From: Paraspadella gotoi
Taxonomy: Eukaryota; Animalia; Chaetognatha
DNA: 64,000 nt
Direction of reading: 5' to 3'
NCBI GenBank assembly: GCA_051294375.1
Contig: CM119269.1
Coordinates: forward strand, 13,176,790-13,240,789
In this document: piece after piece, positions 50,068 to 63,443 of the stretch
How positions within the stretch are numbered: position 1 is the stretch's first letter
Layout of the letters: every line of letters begins with the position of its first letter
Notes under the pieces: model-generated
Databases searched by the model: none
The model's input: only the letters and a program-made list of their open reading frames with translations
What the model was told of the DNA's origin: nothing
Made by a program: the position numbers and the translations under genes

Positions 50068-52205
50068 CTCTCTCTCTCTCTCTTTCCAAACCTTGAGTCA
50101 CGGTAAACAACGCATCCCGATATCTCGGCTCTTCGTCTCCCCTCGCTAAAGTCGTGACCCTGGAATCGAGGAACGTCTCTCCAAAGGCCAATGATCCCAG
50201 ACAAACTCCGTCGTCGCCGCTGACGTTGTAAACGACGACGAAGGCGCTCTTCAACCCTCGACGAGCCACGCCCTCTTCCAGTGGCTCGACCTTGCCGTCC
50301 GGTCCCGGCACTGCCTCCAATCGAAACTCCCATCCGCCGCTTCGAAATCTGGGACAGTGGACGCGCAACTCGGCCATTCGCCGAATAACGAGATCTTTAG
50401 AGACTTTGGGCGACTTTGTCCTCGAATAAGCGGAGATCGCCGCCAGCGTGGCGTCCACGAGACGCCCGTAAACGTCTGCCAGCAGCGCCACCTTCGAAGG
50501 CGTCGAGTCCTCCCACGAAGGAGACAGGAAATACGTGCGGACGCAGGAGACGCACGTCGACGGGTCGACGGCTTTGAGTATAAAGTGGACGGCGTCGCCA
50601 GTGAAGGACGACGGAGGATTCGAGGCGGCGTCAGCGGCGTCGGCAGCGCCGCTGTAGCTCTCTGTGGTCATGAAGATACTTTCGTCAAGTTGCACAATCG
50701 GACTTAATTTTGAATATTTTTTTTAGTAAAAAATAAATCATTTCATTTCTTGTTTGTTCATTTATTGTGATTTTCAAATGATTATTCTTTTCCATGGTTG
50801 TTGGGTTAAAAAAACTATATGAAAATTAAAAAGAATTTTAAAAAAATATAGTAAGTTTTTACTAAGCTTAAGTTATCGTATCTTAAAAAACAATATACGC
50901 ACGGCTTAGCGCTAAATACGAAAAACCTAGTAATTCGTTCTATTTATACGTATAATAGTACAACCACATACCATTAGGGGAGTATTATTTTACCTTTTTG
51001 AGGGGCTCTCACTTAAAAAAAAATGGTTGAGGCGACGACGATGATTCGACATCATTACCTTCCACTGTCATCTCATTCTCCTTCGCCAGAATCTCTTTCT
51101 TCGTCTCGGCGCCGAAAAGGACGAAGGGTTTGGCGACCCGTTTGGCTCCGGTCGCCGAGAGACGCCCGAAGGCCGCGTAGAGCTTCAAGACGTCGGCGAA
51201 TCTCTCGGCGACGATCGACTTGGGGTCTCGACCTTTCAAGTCTAAAAGATTGCCCACGTTCTCCACCTGCAATTGCAACTGGCTCACGTTGGTGGCGACG
51301 CGATCGAAGAGGACGAGCGGATCGAGGACGCCGACGACGACGTCGAGGATTCGAGCCACGTCGACGACCAGGAAGCGTCGATTGGTCGATCCGGTCACGT
51401 GACGATTCGATGATCCAATCACGTGACGAATTATCGGCCAATCCTCGAAGGCGAGAGGATTTCGTCCGATTCCACGGAAGAAGCGACCGGGCGTCAAGGG
51501 CGCGCCCACCACGCGGACGTCGGCTAACATTTCCGTCACGGCGCGGATTTTAAATTGGTTGAGATCGGAAGATTCGTCGTCGTTTTCGTCGTCGTCTTTT
51601 TCGTCCTCTTCGTCGTCGTCGTCGTTATTGTCCGAAGGTTTTGGCTTTTCGATGACGGCCTCCTCGCAATGAACGTGAAGGTTCGGCCAAAATGCTAATC
51701 TGTTAGCAGCGCGTCATAGTGAAAATGACATTTTTAAATATAAAAGAAGTAACTAATTAACTCTAATTTCAAGAATTGTTTGAAACATAAGCACAAAAAA
51801 GCGTCCCTTGTTATATCTTCTATCTAGATCGGTTACCTGACGCGCGTTATTTAAAACACATCCCGATTTTATGAACCTGCTCATCAATGCCTCGTAATTG
51901 TCGACGTTGCAATAAAGATGAACGCTCTCCGCGCGGATCATCAACGCCACGTCGTCGTCCACCAATTCAGCGGCGGAAGACTTGAGATCCTCGCTCAACA
52001 GATCCAGCAGCAGAAAGTTGAGCAGCGCCGCGCAGCCGTCGCTGTAGCCGCTGTCCGCCCCGGCGACGCAGAGAACGGCGTCTGGAACGGGCCCATCTCC
52101 GAACTGGCCCCAACACTTCGCACCGCCCCAAACGAGCCGACGGACCAAGCGAAGGCGGCCCAATGAGACGAAGGGATAATCCGGGATCTCGATTTGTTTC
52201 GGCAT
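46270..52205 (-). CDS. DNAAF9: Dynein axonemal assembly factor 9 (C20orf194 / Shulin homolog); multi-exon
   Basis: N-terminal VSLGRLRLVR, PDAVLCVAGADSGYS.GC, VHLYCN and WPNLHVHC. Also GSLAFGETFLDS, VTIVNGIPG (degenerate P-loop) and LRKVNPGA. C-terminal PLPGGWYFNG...HP..DEFV.EY. All match C20orf194 as recalled, and the splice phases I checked at several junctions agree. Confidence 0.85.
48033..48103 (-). tRNA. tRNA-Gly(GCC) inside a DNAAF9 intron
   Basis: GCATCGGTGGTTCAGTGGTAGAATGCTCGCCTGCCACGCGGGCGGCCCGGGTTCGATTCCCGGCCGATGCA forms a full cloverleaf with anticodon GCC and has a downstream T run. Confidence 0.97.
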
Positions 52206-52262
52206 CACTTTTTGAGTATTTGAGTCTTCGACTTTAAATGAGTTTCATGCTTTTATGGATGG

Positions 52263-52397
52263 GATTTAAGGATCGATTTTACGCTAAATGCGATGGGATT
52301 AATTCGATTTAAGGATCGATTGTACGCTAAATACGATCGGATTAATTCGATTTAAGGATCGATTTTACGCTAAATGCGATCGGATTAATTTGATTTA
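52263..52397. repeat. 43-bp minisatellite, about 3 copies, just upstream of the DNAAF9 start
   Basis: Unit GATTTAAGGATCGATTTTACGCTAAATGCGATCGGATTAATTC repeated with 1-3 mismatches. Confidence 0.9.
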
Positions 52398-52518
52398 GCA
52401 TTTTTATTTTTGAGCGACTCATTTGACGCTATCCGTTTAGGGAAGGTGGAGGGAGTTCGATTGGGGAAATATTTTTAGAGCTAAATTTATAAGTATCTAA
52501 AGAATGATTTGTTGTTTT

Positions 52519-52626
<108 letters not shown>

Positions 52627-53461
52627 ACCTGTAGATATCGATAATACTTAAACTTTTATAGTATCTCTCTCTCTTTCACTCTCTGTCCGTTTTATCATTA
52701 GTATTCGAACCCTCTTGGTGTAAACTTAATAAAATAAATTATGATATGCTGTTTCTCATTTAACTAAGATCTTCTTTTATTTAAATATACATTTTATATC
52801 TTATTATTTATAGATTTATCATTATTTATTTATACTTGTTTATGCGCAACATCCTTCTTCCATGTATCAATAAAAATTTGGAAAGGATAAATTAATTAGA
52901 AAAAAAATTGTTTTCGACATAATAAGAATTAGGCTAAAGGTTCACAGGGTTTCAATCGCACACTAACCCCTACCCCATTTAGGATTCTCTCTCTCTCCAT
53001 CCTCCATCCCGTCCACCCTCCCCCCCCCCCACCCTCCCCCCCACCCACCCCCACCTCCCACTCCCCTCCCACACCTCCACCTCCTCCCTTCCCCTCACTC
53101 CCCACTCCTCATCGTCCCATTCCAGTCTCTCTCTCCTCATCTCTCTCATACCTTTCTCACCAAACCCTCTCTCTACCAAGAACCCTCTCTCCAACCATCC
53201 TGACTACGGCCCCCAACCCACATAGATATACCCGCCACCCCCACCCCACCCCCCCCTCACCACCCCCCCCCCCCCCCCCCCCACCACCAACCACCACCAC
53301 CCCCCCCCTTAACATAGGTCCTTCCTTGAGGAAGACCTAGGCTCCACTTGTCCAAACATTATCCCTATCTCCTCCTCCTCTCTCTCTACCTCCTCATCTC
53401 TACCACCACCCTCCACCCTCACCTACCCCCCTACCTACTCCCCCTCTCTCTCCTCCTTCTC

Positions 53462-53496
<35 letters not shown>

Positions 53497-54606
53497 AAAA
53501 CGTATCAAATGTCAAGTTCTCACCTTCCGACAGCAATTTCTGTAAGCACTGTCGAACAGCTGTCAAAAATCCAACTAGTCAGAACTCCTAAGACGAACCG
53601 CCGTCTCGGTTCACCAAACCGTCGAGAAACATCACATAGAGATTGATTGACTGACTGATTGATTGATGGATTGAAACACCAGAGAGAGATTGGTTGTTTC
53701 GATTCGATGGTTGGTTTGTCAGACTATTATACTGTTATGTGATGTTCTCTTATGGATTGTTAGTTCATTAGATCATTGGCTGAATTGCTTGTTGCTCGTG
53801 AATTGTTGCTTGGTTCGTGAGATGGTATGTGATTGGTTCCTTAGATGTTTGCTTCTTTTTTCTTAAGTCTATTTTTTGATTTAAAATCTCATTTAAAAAC
53901 GATAATATAGTATTATAGAATAAACTACATAGACTGTGAGAGAGTTTAGATTGATAGCTCGCAGGGTGTTGCTGCGTTAATATCTTGTGAAAGGAACTAT
54001 AAGTTATAACTCCTATAGCCTGCCCAAAGTATATAAAAAATGTACTATTTTATATTGGTTTTCTAATTTCTTACTTCAGTGACACGAAATTCTGTTTTCC
54101 TTTCGATCCTCAATTCCATTCGCTATCATCAGGAACAACAACAACAACAACAATAACAATCAACAACCTTTTTTCCTCTCCTTTTCTCCTCCTCTTCTTT
54201 TGGTCCCAAAAACTTTTTCATCTCCGACGAACGAGATTCACGATTATTCAGCCAAGAGAAGAGCAATCAGCACACCAGCTCTCTCTGCTATCTATCTCTC
54301 TCTCTCTCGCGCGGGTCCTCGGGGGGTCACTCCGTCGCTCTCGATCTCTCTCTCGTTCTCAATCTCATCGTCTGCTCTCGTCTCTCTCTCTCTCCTCTTT
54401 CTTCTCTCTGCATCTCCGGTGAGGAATCATCTCCTCGTGGCCCCCGCGAGAGCAGTTCTCTCGACCCATTCACGTCTAACCCTAAATCAAGCATCGAATG
54501 CTTTTTTTTGTGACGGTTTTCACAAAATCATAAACGGGTCTAAATTGGTGATACCGAAAATGCTCTCACGTTCTTTTCACCTTTTTACTGTTTCACGATC
54601 GTCGTT

Positions 54607-54658
<52 letters not shown>

Positions 54659-55004
54659 CGACGCGACAGATGTCCGTTCACCGACCAGTCTCTTTGTTCC
54701 TGATTTCGAGATAGTGAACTGTTTGTTGGGCCAATAAAACCTGAAACCCGACAGTCTTTTAATTTTAAAAACGGAGATTTAATTCGTTTTTTATGCTTCT
54801 TTAATTTGCATGTTGATTTTATTTATAATATTTACATTTTTTTTTGTTAGTTGAAATTCTATTACTCACGATATTTTTTATTCCTTCGCAGAAACAAAAA
54901 AAAAAAAAAAAAATCTCAAAAACCTTTTCGAATCTCGGAATAAACTTTCTCTCATCAGGAAATATTTAACTCTTCACCCCGGGTTTGCAGCAAACTCGTC
55001 GAAG

Positions 55005-58000
55005 ATGTCGACGATCGCAGGTTTGCTGCAGAAAGTCAGCAAAGACAATTCGTGGATCGACGACTCGACGGACCGTTTGACGCGTCGCTACATCGTCGGC
55101 ATCATCTCGGTGCAACTGCTCGTCATCTACGGAGGAGGATTTCTCAGGTATCGATCCTTAGGCTACTTTGTTCATTTTTCATTATCAATCAAAAATATTT
55201 TTACAACGGCTTATTTTTTATCATTACTTATTATTTATTTATGTATTTACGTAAAATTTTATCGTTTAATATTTTATCATTTTGTGTTTTTATATACATT
55301 TAGTTGTTCTTCTTTATCCTTTCTGATTAGGTTAATCTAAGACTAAGTAACTTGTAATTTAATTTAATTTTCAATTTATTTACTTTAGGGGAAATTACAT
55401 CCAATGTTTCACTCCGAAATACTTCACTGGTCCTCAAGAAAAGTATTCGGAACATCTGTGCTGGCTGGAGTCAACTCATTACATAATCGGTAATTAATTA
55501 ATTTTGTTTAAAGTAATGTAAAGAGATGTAATAAATCGATTTATACAAATTCTATTTTCGCCCAGAACCTTACGACAAAAATGCCGTCGATGACATCGGC
55601 GTCCTTGGATTTTACAATGCACCTATTTATAAAACCACTGGCGGAAAATCAGGGTAAGTATCTATAGTATACTGTGTGTACTGTGTAATGTATAATGTAT
55701 TATGAAGTTGGTACAACCAATATAAAAATTATCAATTCATTTAATAAATAAGCTATCTTGCCCCTGACTTTGGACAGGCTTGGTGGTTTAAGGCCCCCAT
55801 CACTCTTACATGATAATAACATAGCAGGTCCCTGCAAGCTTTCAATTAAAACTCTCACACAGTTTTGTTTATTCACTCCCAGAGTACCTGGCTTCCCTAT
55901 CAATGAGGTGGTATAATATTTCAAAGAATGTTTCAATTGTATCCAAAGACCACTCCCTTAAGTATTAGATCGGGGAATACTATATTGTACTCCGCCCAGC
56001 ATCAAAATACAAGGAGCTGAATTCCATAAAATTGTATTATATAACTGTACTATATGTACTGTCTAAAATATATTGTAGTCGGGTATTGCCTAGGTTCACC
56101 CCGCCTATAAGCATGACACCTTCAGTCGTGACCCTGTGGCTCATTGAGTAAATCCATCAGCTCATGATCACTAGGTAATGGGTTCAATCCCAACCCGGTA
56201 CCTACCCCGCGGGAAGCGTGAGGACGGCCGTAAGCCGCCTTGGGGACGTGGAAAACGCTCAAACCTAGTTCCAAGCCCATGGCAGCTTGAGGGGGTTAAA
56301 GAAGTTGCGAATGGCACACTTCAGCCTCACTTAGCGCCTTATCCACAATATATATGCCCTACTTTTACTGTGGTAAAATGTAATAAATTTTTGATATGGA
56401 ATAAACTACTCATTAGTTCATTTTCGATACATTTTCAGGTACGTAGGTATCAACCATCCCGGACAGAGAATCACAGTTTCATATTATCAATGGGTTCCAA
56501 TTTATTTGCTCGTCGTCGCTTTCCTTTCGCATATTCCTTTTCTCATGTGGAAGCAAGTCACATTAAAATGGTGAGTGTACCCCTTTTTATTCACGAAGAA
56601 CTTTATCATTATCAACATTAAGAGCTCATCGAGGCTTTGTATTTTCATTGATTTATTAAATTAAAGGGCTAAATTTAATTATTTAAAATAAATTCTTTCC
56701 CATCAATTCTTTTATTTTCAATCAAATCAATCAATCACATCTATCTTCCATTTTATATTCAATTATTAATTTTTTCCAGCGGTCTCCCTCTAAAGTCGAT
56801 GATGTTAGCCGCGCGGGAAATCTCATCCGTGGACTCCAAGGGCGGAAAGACCCGAAGCGGCTACGCGGACGACCTGGCGGAGGTGCTGCTCCGATACGCG
56901 GAGAGTTCGCGCAACGAGAGGCCCTCGCCGTTCCGCGTCGGGAAGCGGCACGGGAATGTCGTCTTCGCTCTTTACGTTTTGACCAAGTTGTTCTACATTC
57001 TCATTTTTATTCTTCAACTCGTCTTGCTGCAGGTGTTAGAGGGTGACAGAGAGAGAGAGTGAGAGAAAGAGAGAGTGAGAGAAAGAGAGAGTGAGAGAAA
57101 GAGAGAGTGAGAGAAAGAGAGAGTGAGAGAAAGAGAGACAAAAAATGATACTAACACCAAACTTTAAAGACTCAATCTCAATTCTCTTCTCTCTCCCCCA
57201 CAACCCCACCACCCAGTGGTTCCTCGGCAACGACCCTCGCTACAACATCCTCAGCCACGGCGCTTGGGTCCTCGATCGCCTTGTCAACAACGGGACCTGG
57301 CCGCAACACCCCGCCTTCCCCGTGGACACCACCTGCGTGGTCATGGCGGAGCAGCAAGGCAACCCTCTGCCCTACACCCTCCAATGCATTCTGCCGATGA
57401 ATCTCTACTTTGACAAATTCTTCGCTCTATTCACCGTCGCTTTCCCGATCGTCGTCGGCCTCTTCGTCGTCTCCCTGCTGCGTTGGCTGCTGGCCAACAG
57501 CGCCAGCGGCCGCAGCCGCTTCTTGGAGAGTCACTTGGTCAAACCGCTCGGGCTTGAAGGGGGAGACTTTCCCGGATCGGATAGATACTTGATCAACGAG
57601 TTTCACAAGGAATTCTTGCAACGGTGAGTTGGAAGAGAGACGAGACGAGAGAAGTTTATTTTAAGTTTAATTTTAAGTTTAAATTTAAGTTTAATTTAAA
57701 TTTAAGTCGTAGGGTTCGCGGGTTTATTTTTGGCTTATATTAGAGAGAGAGAGTCTTGATTGAAAGCTTGCAGGGACCTGCTATTTTATTATCTTGTAAG
57801 AGTGATGGAGGCCTTAAACCACCAAAGCCTGTCCAAAGTCAGGGACAAGATAGCTGATTTATTAAATGAATGGATAATTTTTATATTGGTTGTACCAATT
57901 TCATTAAATTTTTCGATACGTCTGAACTCATTCCATTCTATTTAATACCAATCCGTTGGCGATGAATTTATTTACTTTCTTTCAGTTTCATTCGTATCAC

Positions 58001-58574
58001 TGATTTTTTAACAAATTTGTTTTATTCAATTAAATTTGTCCTGAAGTTCATTCGGAAAATTTCTTTCGTTTATTTCTTTCCTCTGTTCTATTTATTTTGC
58101 AACTATTCCCGTAATTATTATTTGTTTGCTCTGTTTTTTGTTTTTTTCAGAAAAAAAAAGTTTCACTCATTTTATTTAATTTCTTCCATTTAATTTATTT
58201 CTATAATCTATTTAATTTCATTGACTCATTTCATATAAATTTATTTAATTAATTTTTTTCAATTCTTCTTATTTTTATCATTTTTTGATATTTCATTCAT
58301 TAATTAAATTAAACTTAATTAATTTGCTCCCCCCTCCAGCGACGGACTCTTCGCCCTGGAAATGATCAAGATGAACGTGGGCCGCTTCGTGACGGAGCAC
58401 GTGCTGGAGCGACTGTGGCTCCGCTACCTGGAGCTAAAGGATCAGCGAAAGATCATGCGCGACGCTCCGTCGTCACCACGTCGTCGTCGTGTGACACTCC
58501 GCCCAAAAAAAGCTTGGAGCAGGCGATCGATCAAGCAGCGACCCTCAGCGCCTTACGAATCTCACATTCACTGA
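55005..58574 (+). CDS. Innexin (invertebrate gap-junction protein), 7 exons
   Basis: DDSTDRL, GNYIQCFTPKYF...CWLESTHY, signature YYQWVP, FPVDTTC, QCILPMNLYFDKFF and FLQRDGLFALEMI. Exons ~55005-55147, 55389-55489, 55566-55652, 56439-56570, 56780-57032, 57216-57623 and 58340-58574. Confidence 0.92.
56128..56348 (+). mobile_element. tRNA-derived SINE
   Basis: A-box GTGGCTCATTGAG and B-box GGGTTCAATCCC. The 3' body (AAGCCCATG..GGCAGCT..GAG..GTT.AA..AAGTT) is shared with ~24545-24715, which ends in a (TAC)n tail. Confidence 0.6.
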
Positions 58575-59019
58575 TTGGTGTTTTTTTTTGTGAAAAGGGT
58601 ATTTCTTTTCTCTCGTTATATGATCATTTAATACAATGAACATACGTTCTTTCAACTTTTATCATTGTTTTTGTCAGTTTTTCTCAGCATAAATATTCTA
58701 CTACGCGTTGAGTTATCGGTATATATACTTTTTGGAAGAAATTTACTTTTCTGTAATTCGTCTACCTCTTTTTTACTTACAATAATATACAAAATTGAAT
58801 TTTATGATCTATCAGTTTATGCTGTATACAACATGCCATTTGAAAACCCGAGTATATAGCATATAAGGACAACAAATTTCCTACGCACATTTTGAAACAA
58901 ATTTGAAAACCACTTTGTAGAGAATAATTAGTGGAAATACACTAGATTCGCATTTTTAAACATTTATCTCATTTATCGACTAAATATTACTCTTTGAATC
59001 CGACAAAGTTTAATTAGAT

Positions 59020-60348
59020 ACCAGTCCTTCTGTTCGTTTTCCAAGCTCTTTTCAACTAAAAAGTTTTATTTAAAATTATTTACTAAAAACTTTATCAAGT
59101 TCATAACTCATGTGCGCTGAAGAAGGCTCGTATTGTGAGCCGAAACATGTCTGCTCTTATAAATAAAATTCGTTGCAAAATAAAATCTAACTTTGTAATA
59201 TTTAAAAAAAAAAAAAAACTTTTTCGCCCGAGCCAGGGTGTTGAAGACTCGGAAATATGGAAATTCACCATTTTTTAATATTTTTAGCTTTTTTTAGTTA
59301 ATTTTTTTAATATATAATCTTTAATCAAGTTAATTACTTTCTGATATGATTTTTATTTTCCATTTAACGTTATTATCATATAATTCATTATAAATAAAAT
59401 ATTAGTTTTTTGATTAGTACCAGAGGGTGTTTGATGAGTCTAATGTTTATTTTTTTTTTTTATATTTATAAATTATAACTCTTATTACTTTTATATATAG
59501 ATCAATATATTTAATATGGCATAGCATGAACTTGACTATATCGCCAGTAAATACTTATTCTATGATAACATTTCCAGTTGGGGATAATAACACCTTGTTG
59601 ATCATATAATGTATCTTTATACTTAATTCACCTAGAATTACATTACCTCAAAACGTTAAAATTACAATCACTAACCCTTAACCTAATTTGGCTAAAAATT
59701 GCAAACTAGAACTTAGTTTCAGTTCATAACAAATTATTATTTTCTATGCGATATGCATAAATCTGGATAGTGGATAATCATTTGAATATATTATATCTTT
59801 GTTGTAATAATTTTCATTTATGATTAAAAAATTTTCATGAATTGCTTGTTTTTAAAATGAATCTTTAAAAAAAACTTTTTACAATTAGGTCACAATAGTT
59901 TTTTAATGCTTTTAATTATAAAAAATTAATTAACTATGTTACATTAACTTAAAAACCATTTAAAATTTTCAAAATATTTTATATCCTGATTAAAATATGT
60001 AATTCTTAAAAAAATAATAAATTATTATTTGAAAATATGAAAAAAAACATTTAGAATTTAGCTTCTTTAACACCCTGGCTTAGCCCTAACAATATTTTTT
60101 GTGAATGAATGTTTTAAAAATAGTTAAATATGATAATTTAAAAGCATTATCATTAGTAATTAACTTGATTAATGATAATTATATTTATAAAAAATTTACT
60201 GAAAAAAAGCTAAAAAATACTCATAAAAGGTGAAATTCCATATTTTGGCTCTTTAACACCTGCTCGAGCGAAAAGTTTTTTTTTTTTAATAAAACTTTTT
60301 TAGTTAAAAAGAGCTTGGAAAAACGAACAGAATGACACGAGACTGGTT
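59020..60348. mobile_element. Foldback / large inverted-repeat element upstream of beta-catenin
   Basis: 59020-59070 pairs with 60288-60348, and 59205-59360 pairs with 60130-60290. The element is flanked by ~41-bp direct repeats AAACATTTATCTCATTTATCGACTAAATAT..TCTTTGAA at ~58958-58998 and ~60359-60400. Confidence 0.7.
59112..59156 (+). ncRNA. Minimal type I hammerhead ribozyme (Penelope-type)
   Basis: Reads GTGCG-CTGAAGA-A-GGCTC-GTATTGT-GAGCC-GAAAC-AT-GTC-TGCTC, with a perfect 5-bp stem II, palindromic ACATGT helix III, a GUC triplet, a weak helix I and AATAAA immediately downstream. Confidence 0.65.
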
Positions 60349-60659
60349 GTTTATTTAAAAAACATTTATCTCATTTATCGACTAAATATCATTCTTTGAA
60401 AGGTTTGATTCATATTTTTTCCAACTTATACTCCCTTCGATCTTGTTATCAACTACAACCTCAACTCGTTTCCAGCAGTTAGAATGCTTTAACCAAATAA
60501 TACTTGTTCCTTCTCGAGTTTCTAGAGTTTGCTATTGTTAGTCTCTTTTTAGCATGAAATATTTTTCTTATCGAAAAAAAGTTCAAGAATTAGAAACGTT
60601 TGTTACATTCCATTGTACGAAAATGTTTTTTACTTCACGCAGAAAAAAAAAAATTAAAA

Positions 60660-63443
60660 ATGGACATGGACTTGGATACAACGCCTATGTTGCTAGGCAA
60701 CAAAGGTTCACCCGTGACCTTCAACCGAGGAATGAAATCCTTTCCTTCCGATCGATTGGACTCCGGATTTCCGAGATCTCAGGGAGTTCAGACCGTGAAA
60801 GAGAAAACTCTCCTCTGGCAGCAAAGCGCTTGGGATTCCGGGATTCAATCCGGAGCAACGACCAACGCCCCGTCCATCAGCAGCAGAGCTTCTGGCATGG
60901 ACACGGCCGTTGAGGACGACCAAGGCAAGGATTTGTACGATTGGGATCAACAAGTGAGTCAAGGATTCACTCAAGATCAAGTGGTGGACATCAGCCAGCA
61001 ACTTCAACAAACACGAAGTCAAAGAGTTCGAGCCGCCATGTTTCCAGAGTCTCTCGAGGAAGGTCTGGCCATTCCTCAGACGACCTTCAACCCGTCTCAA
61101 CAATCCGCGGTTCAAAGATTGGCCGAGCCGAGTCAGATGCTCAAGCACGCCGTCGTTCATCTCATCAATTATCAAGACGACGCGGATCTGGCGACCAGAG
61201 CCGTTCCCGAATTGATCAAGCTCTTGAACGAAGACGACCACGTGGTTCTCTCTCAAGCAGTCACCATGGTCCATCAGTTGTCGAAGAAGGAAGCGTCTCG
61301 TCACGCCATCATGAATTCTCCGCTCATGGTCGCTGCTCTGATTCGCGCGATGAACAACACCGACGATGCTGAAACTGCGAGATGCACCGTCGGCACTTTG
61401 CACAATTTGAGCCACCATCGACAAGGCCTGCTCGCCATATTCAAGAGCGGTGGGATTCCCGCTTTGGTGAAGCTGTTGAGCACCGACAACGAGAGCGTTC
61501 TCTTCTACGCCATTACAACGCTTCACAATTTGCTTCTCCACCAGGAAGGATCCAAAATGGCGGTAAGTGGTACTGAACTCATTTTCATTGATATATTGTA
61601 TTACTGATATTTTGTATAATATTAAATTTGTTTTTTAGTTTTTTTCGTATTTATTTAAAGCATTTACCAATGTTAATGGAATATTAAACTTTATTAATAC
61701 TATTTTGTATAATTTATTAATACTTAGCGTTCGTTTTTAATTAATTAATTAATTAATTAATTAATTAAAGACCATGTTCTCGTCAATCAACTACGGATTA
61801 TGTATTCGTATTTTAACAAATAGATGACCAATTAAAGGGTAATTCATGATCTCATCTCTAAACCACAGGTGCGTTTGGCCGGAGGCCTTCAAAAGATGGT
61901 CGCATTGTTAAACAGGAACAACGTCAAGTTTCTCGCCATCGTCACGGATTGCTTGCAAATTCTCGCTTACGGCAATCAAGAAAGCAAGCTGATCATCCTC
62001 TCGTCCGGCGGCCCGGCTCAATTAGTTCGCATCATGCACTCGGTCAATTACGAGAAGCTCCTCTGGACGACGTCCCGCGTCCTCAAAGTTCTCTCCGTTT
62101 GTCCCAAAAACAAACCGGCCATCGTCGAAGCCGGCGGCATGCAGGCTCTCGGCGTCCATCTGGCCAGCAATTCCCAACGCCTCGTCCAGAATTGCCTGTG
62201 GACGTTGAGGAATTTGTCGGACGCGGCGACGCGATTGAGCGGAGTCGAAAATCTCATCGGGACTTTGGTTCGACTCTTCGACTCGAACGACATCAACGTG
62301 GTCACTTGTTGCGCGGGAATTCTCTCTAATCTCACCTGCAACAATCACGCCAACAAGACCGTGGCGTGTCGACTCGGCGGCGTCGAAGGTCTCGTCTCTA
62401 CGATCCTCAAAGCCGGCGATCGAGAGGAAATCACCGAACCCGCCATCTGCACTTTGCGCCATTTGACGAGTCGTCATCCCGAGGCGGAGATCGCGCAGAA
62501 CGCCGTTCGATTCCACGGTGGACTCGCCATCGTCGTCAAGCTACTCCATCCGCCTTCAAGATGGCCGTTAATCAAAGCTACCATCGGCCTTTTGAGGAAT
62601 CTCGCTCTCTGTCCGGCCAATCACGCTCCGTTGCGCGAGAACGGCTGCTTACCTCGAATGGTGCAGCTGCTCATCAAATCCCACGAAGCGTCGCATCGTC
62701 AGGAGGAAGGGCCGAAGGCCGAAGGTCGCGCGGGCTTCGTGGACGGCGTACGCATGCAGGACGTCGTCGAGAGCATCGTCGGAGCTCTCCATATCCTAGC
62801 CAAGGATCCTTACAATCGAGCTACGATTCGAATGCTCAACTGCATTCCTCTTTTCGTGCAGCTGCTGTACTCCAACACGGAGAACATCCAGCGGGTCACG
62901 GCCGGCGTTCTTTGTGAGTTGGCTGCGGACAAAGAGGGCGCTGAGATCATGGAAATGGAAGGAGCTACTGCGCCTCTGACGGAACTGCTGCATTCTCGTC
63001 ACGAAGGCGTCTCCACTTACGCGGCGGCCGTGCTCTTTCGCATGGCCGAGGATAAACCGCAAGAGTACAAGAAAAGACTAAGCATCACTGTCAACAGCAC
63101 GTTGGGCAGAGAACAGGCGGAATGGGCTGAGAGCGGACTCTCGACCGATTTGATGCCCGCGGGAAACTTGCACAATAACTCTATGTACGGCCCGACCGGA
63201 CTGGCCGGGTTGACCGGACAGAGGATGGACGAATTCGGCAGCAATACGAACACAGGAGTGACGTCGTTGTCCGGACGTCAAAGCGCCATCGGCGCCAATC
63301 ATTCCATCGCAACTCTCTCTCTCGACGCGTTTCCGGAATTGGGCGCCATGGATCAAGGGACCGAGGATTTCTCCAATTTTGAAAATCTAAATCCCAGCAT
63401 CGGGCAACATAATTCCTTTGGAATGTTTGACTCGGATCTTTAA
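60660..63443 (+). CDS. CTNNB1: Beta-catenin / armadillo, 2 coding exons
   Basis: Exons 60660-61562 and 61869-63443. Degron [14 protein letters not shown], then [29 protein letters not shown] and [20 protein letters not shown], armadillo repeats, and a C-terminal PDZ-type motif FDSDL. Confidence 0.97.

Noticed and set aside
52263-52397. Regular 43-bp repeats as a possible CRISPR array
   Set aside because: The copies are head-to-tail with no unique spacers, there are no cas genes, and the context is eukaryotic.
52975-53495. Extremely C-rich tract as a G-quadruplex/i-motif element
   Set aside because: It looks like an error-rich consensus across a microsatellite or homopolymer region and cannot be trusted without reads.
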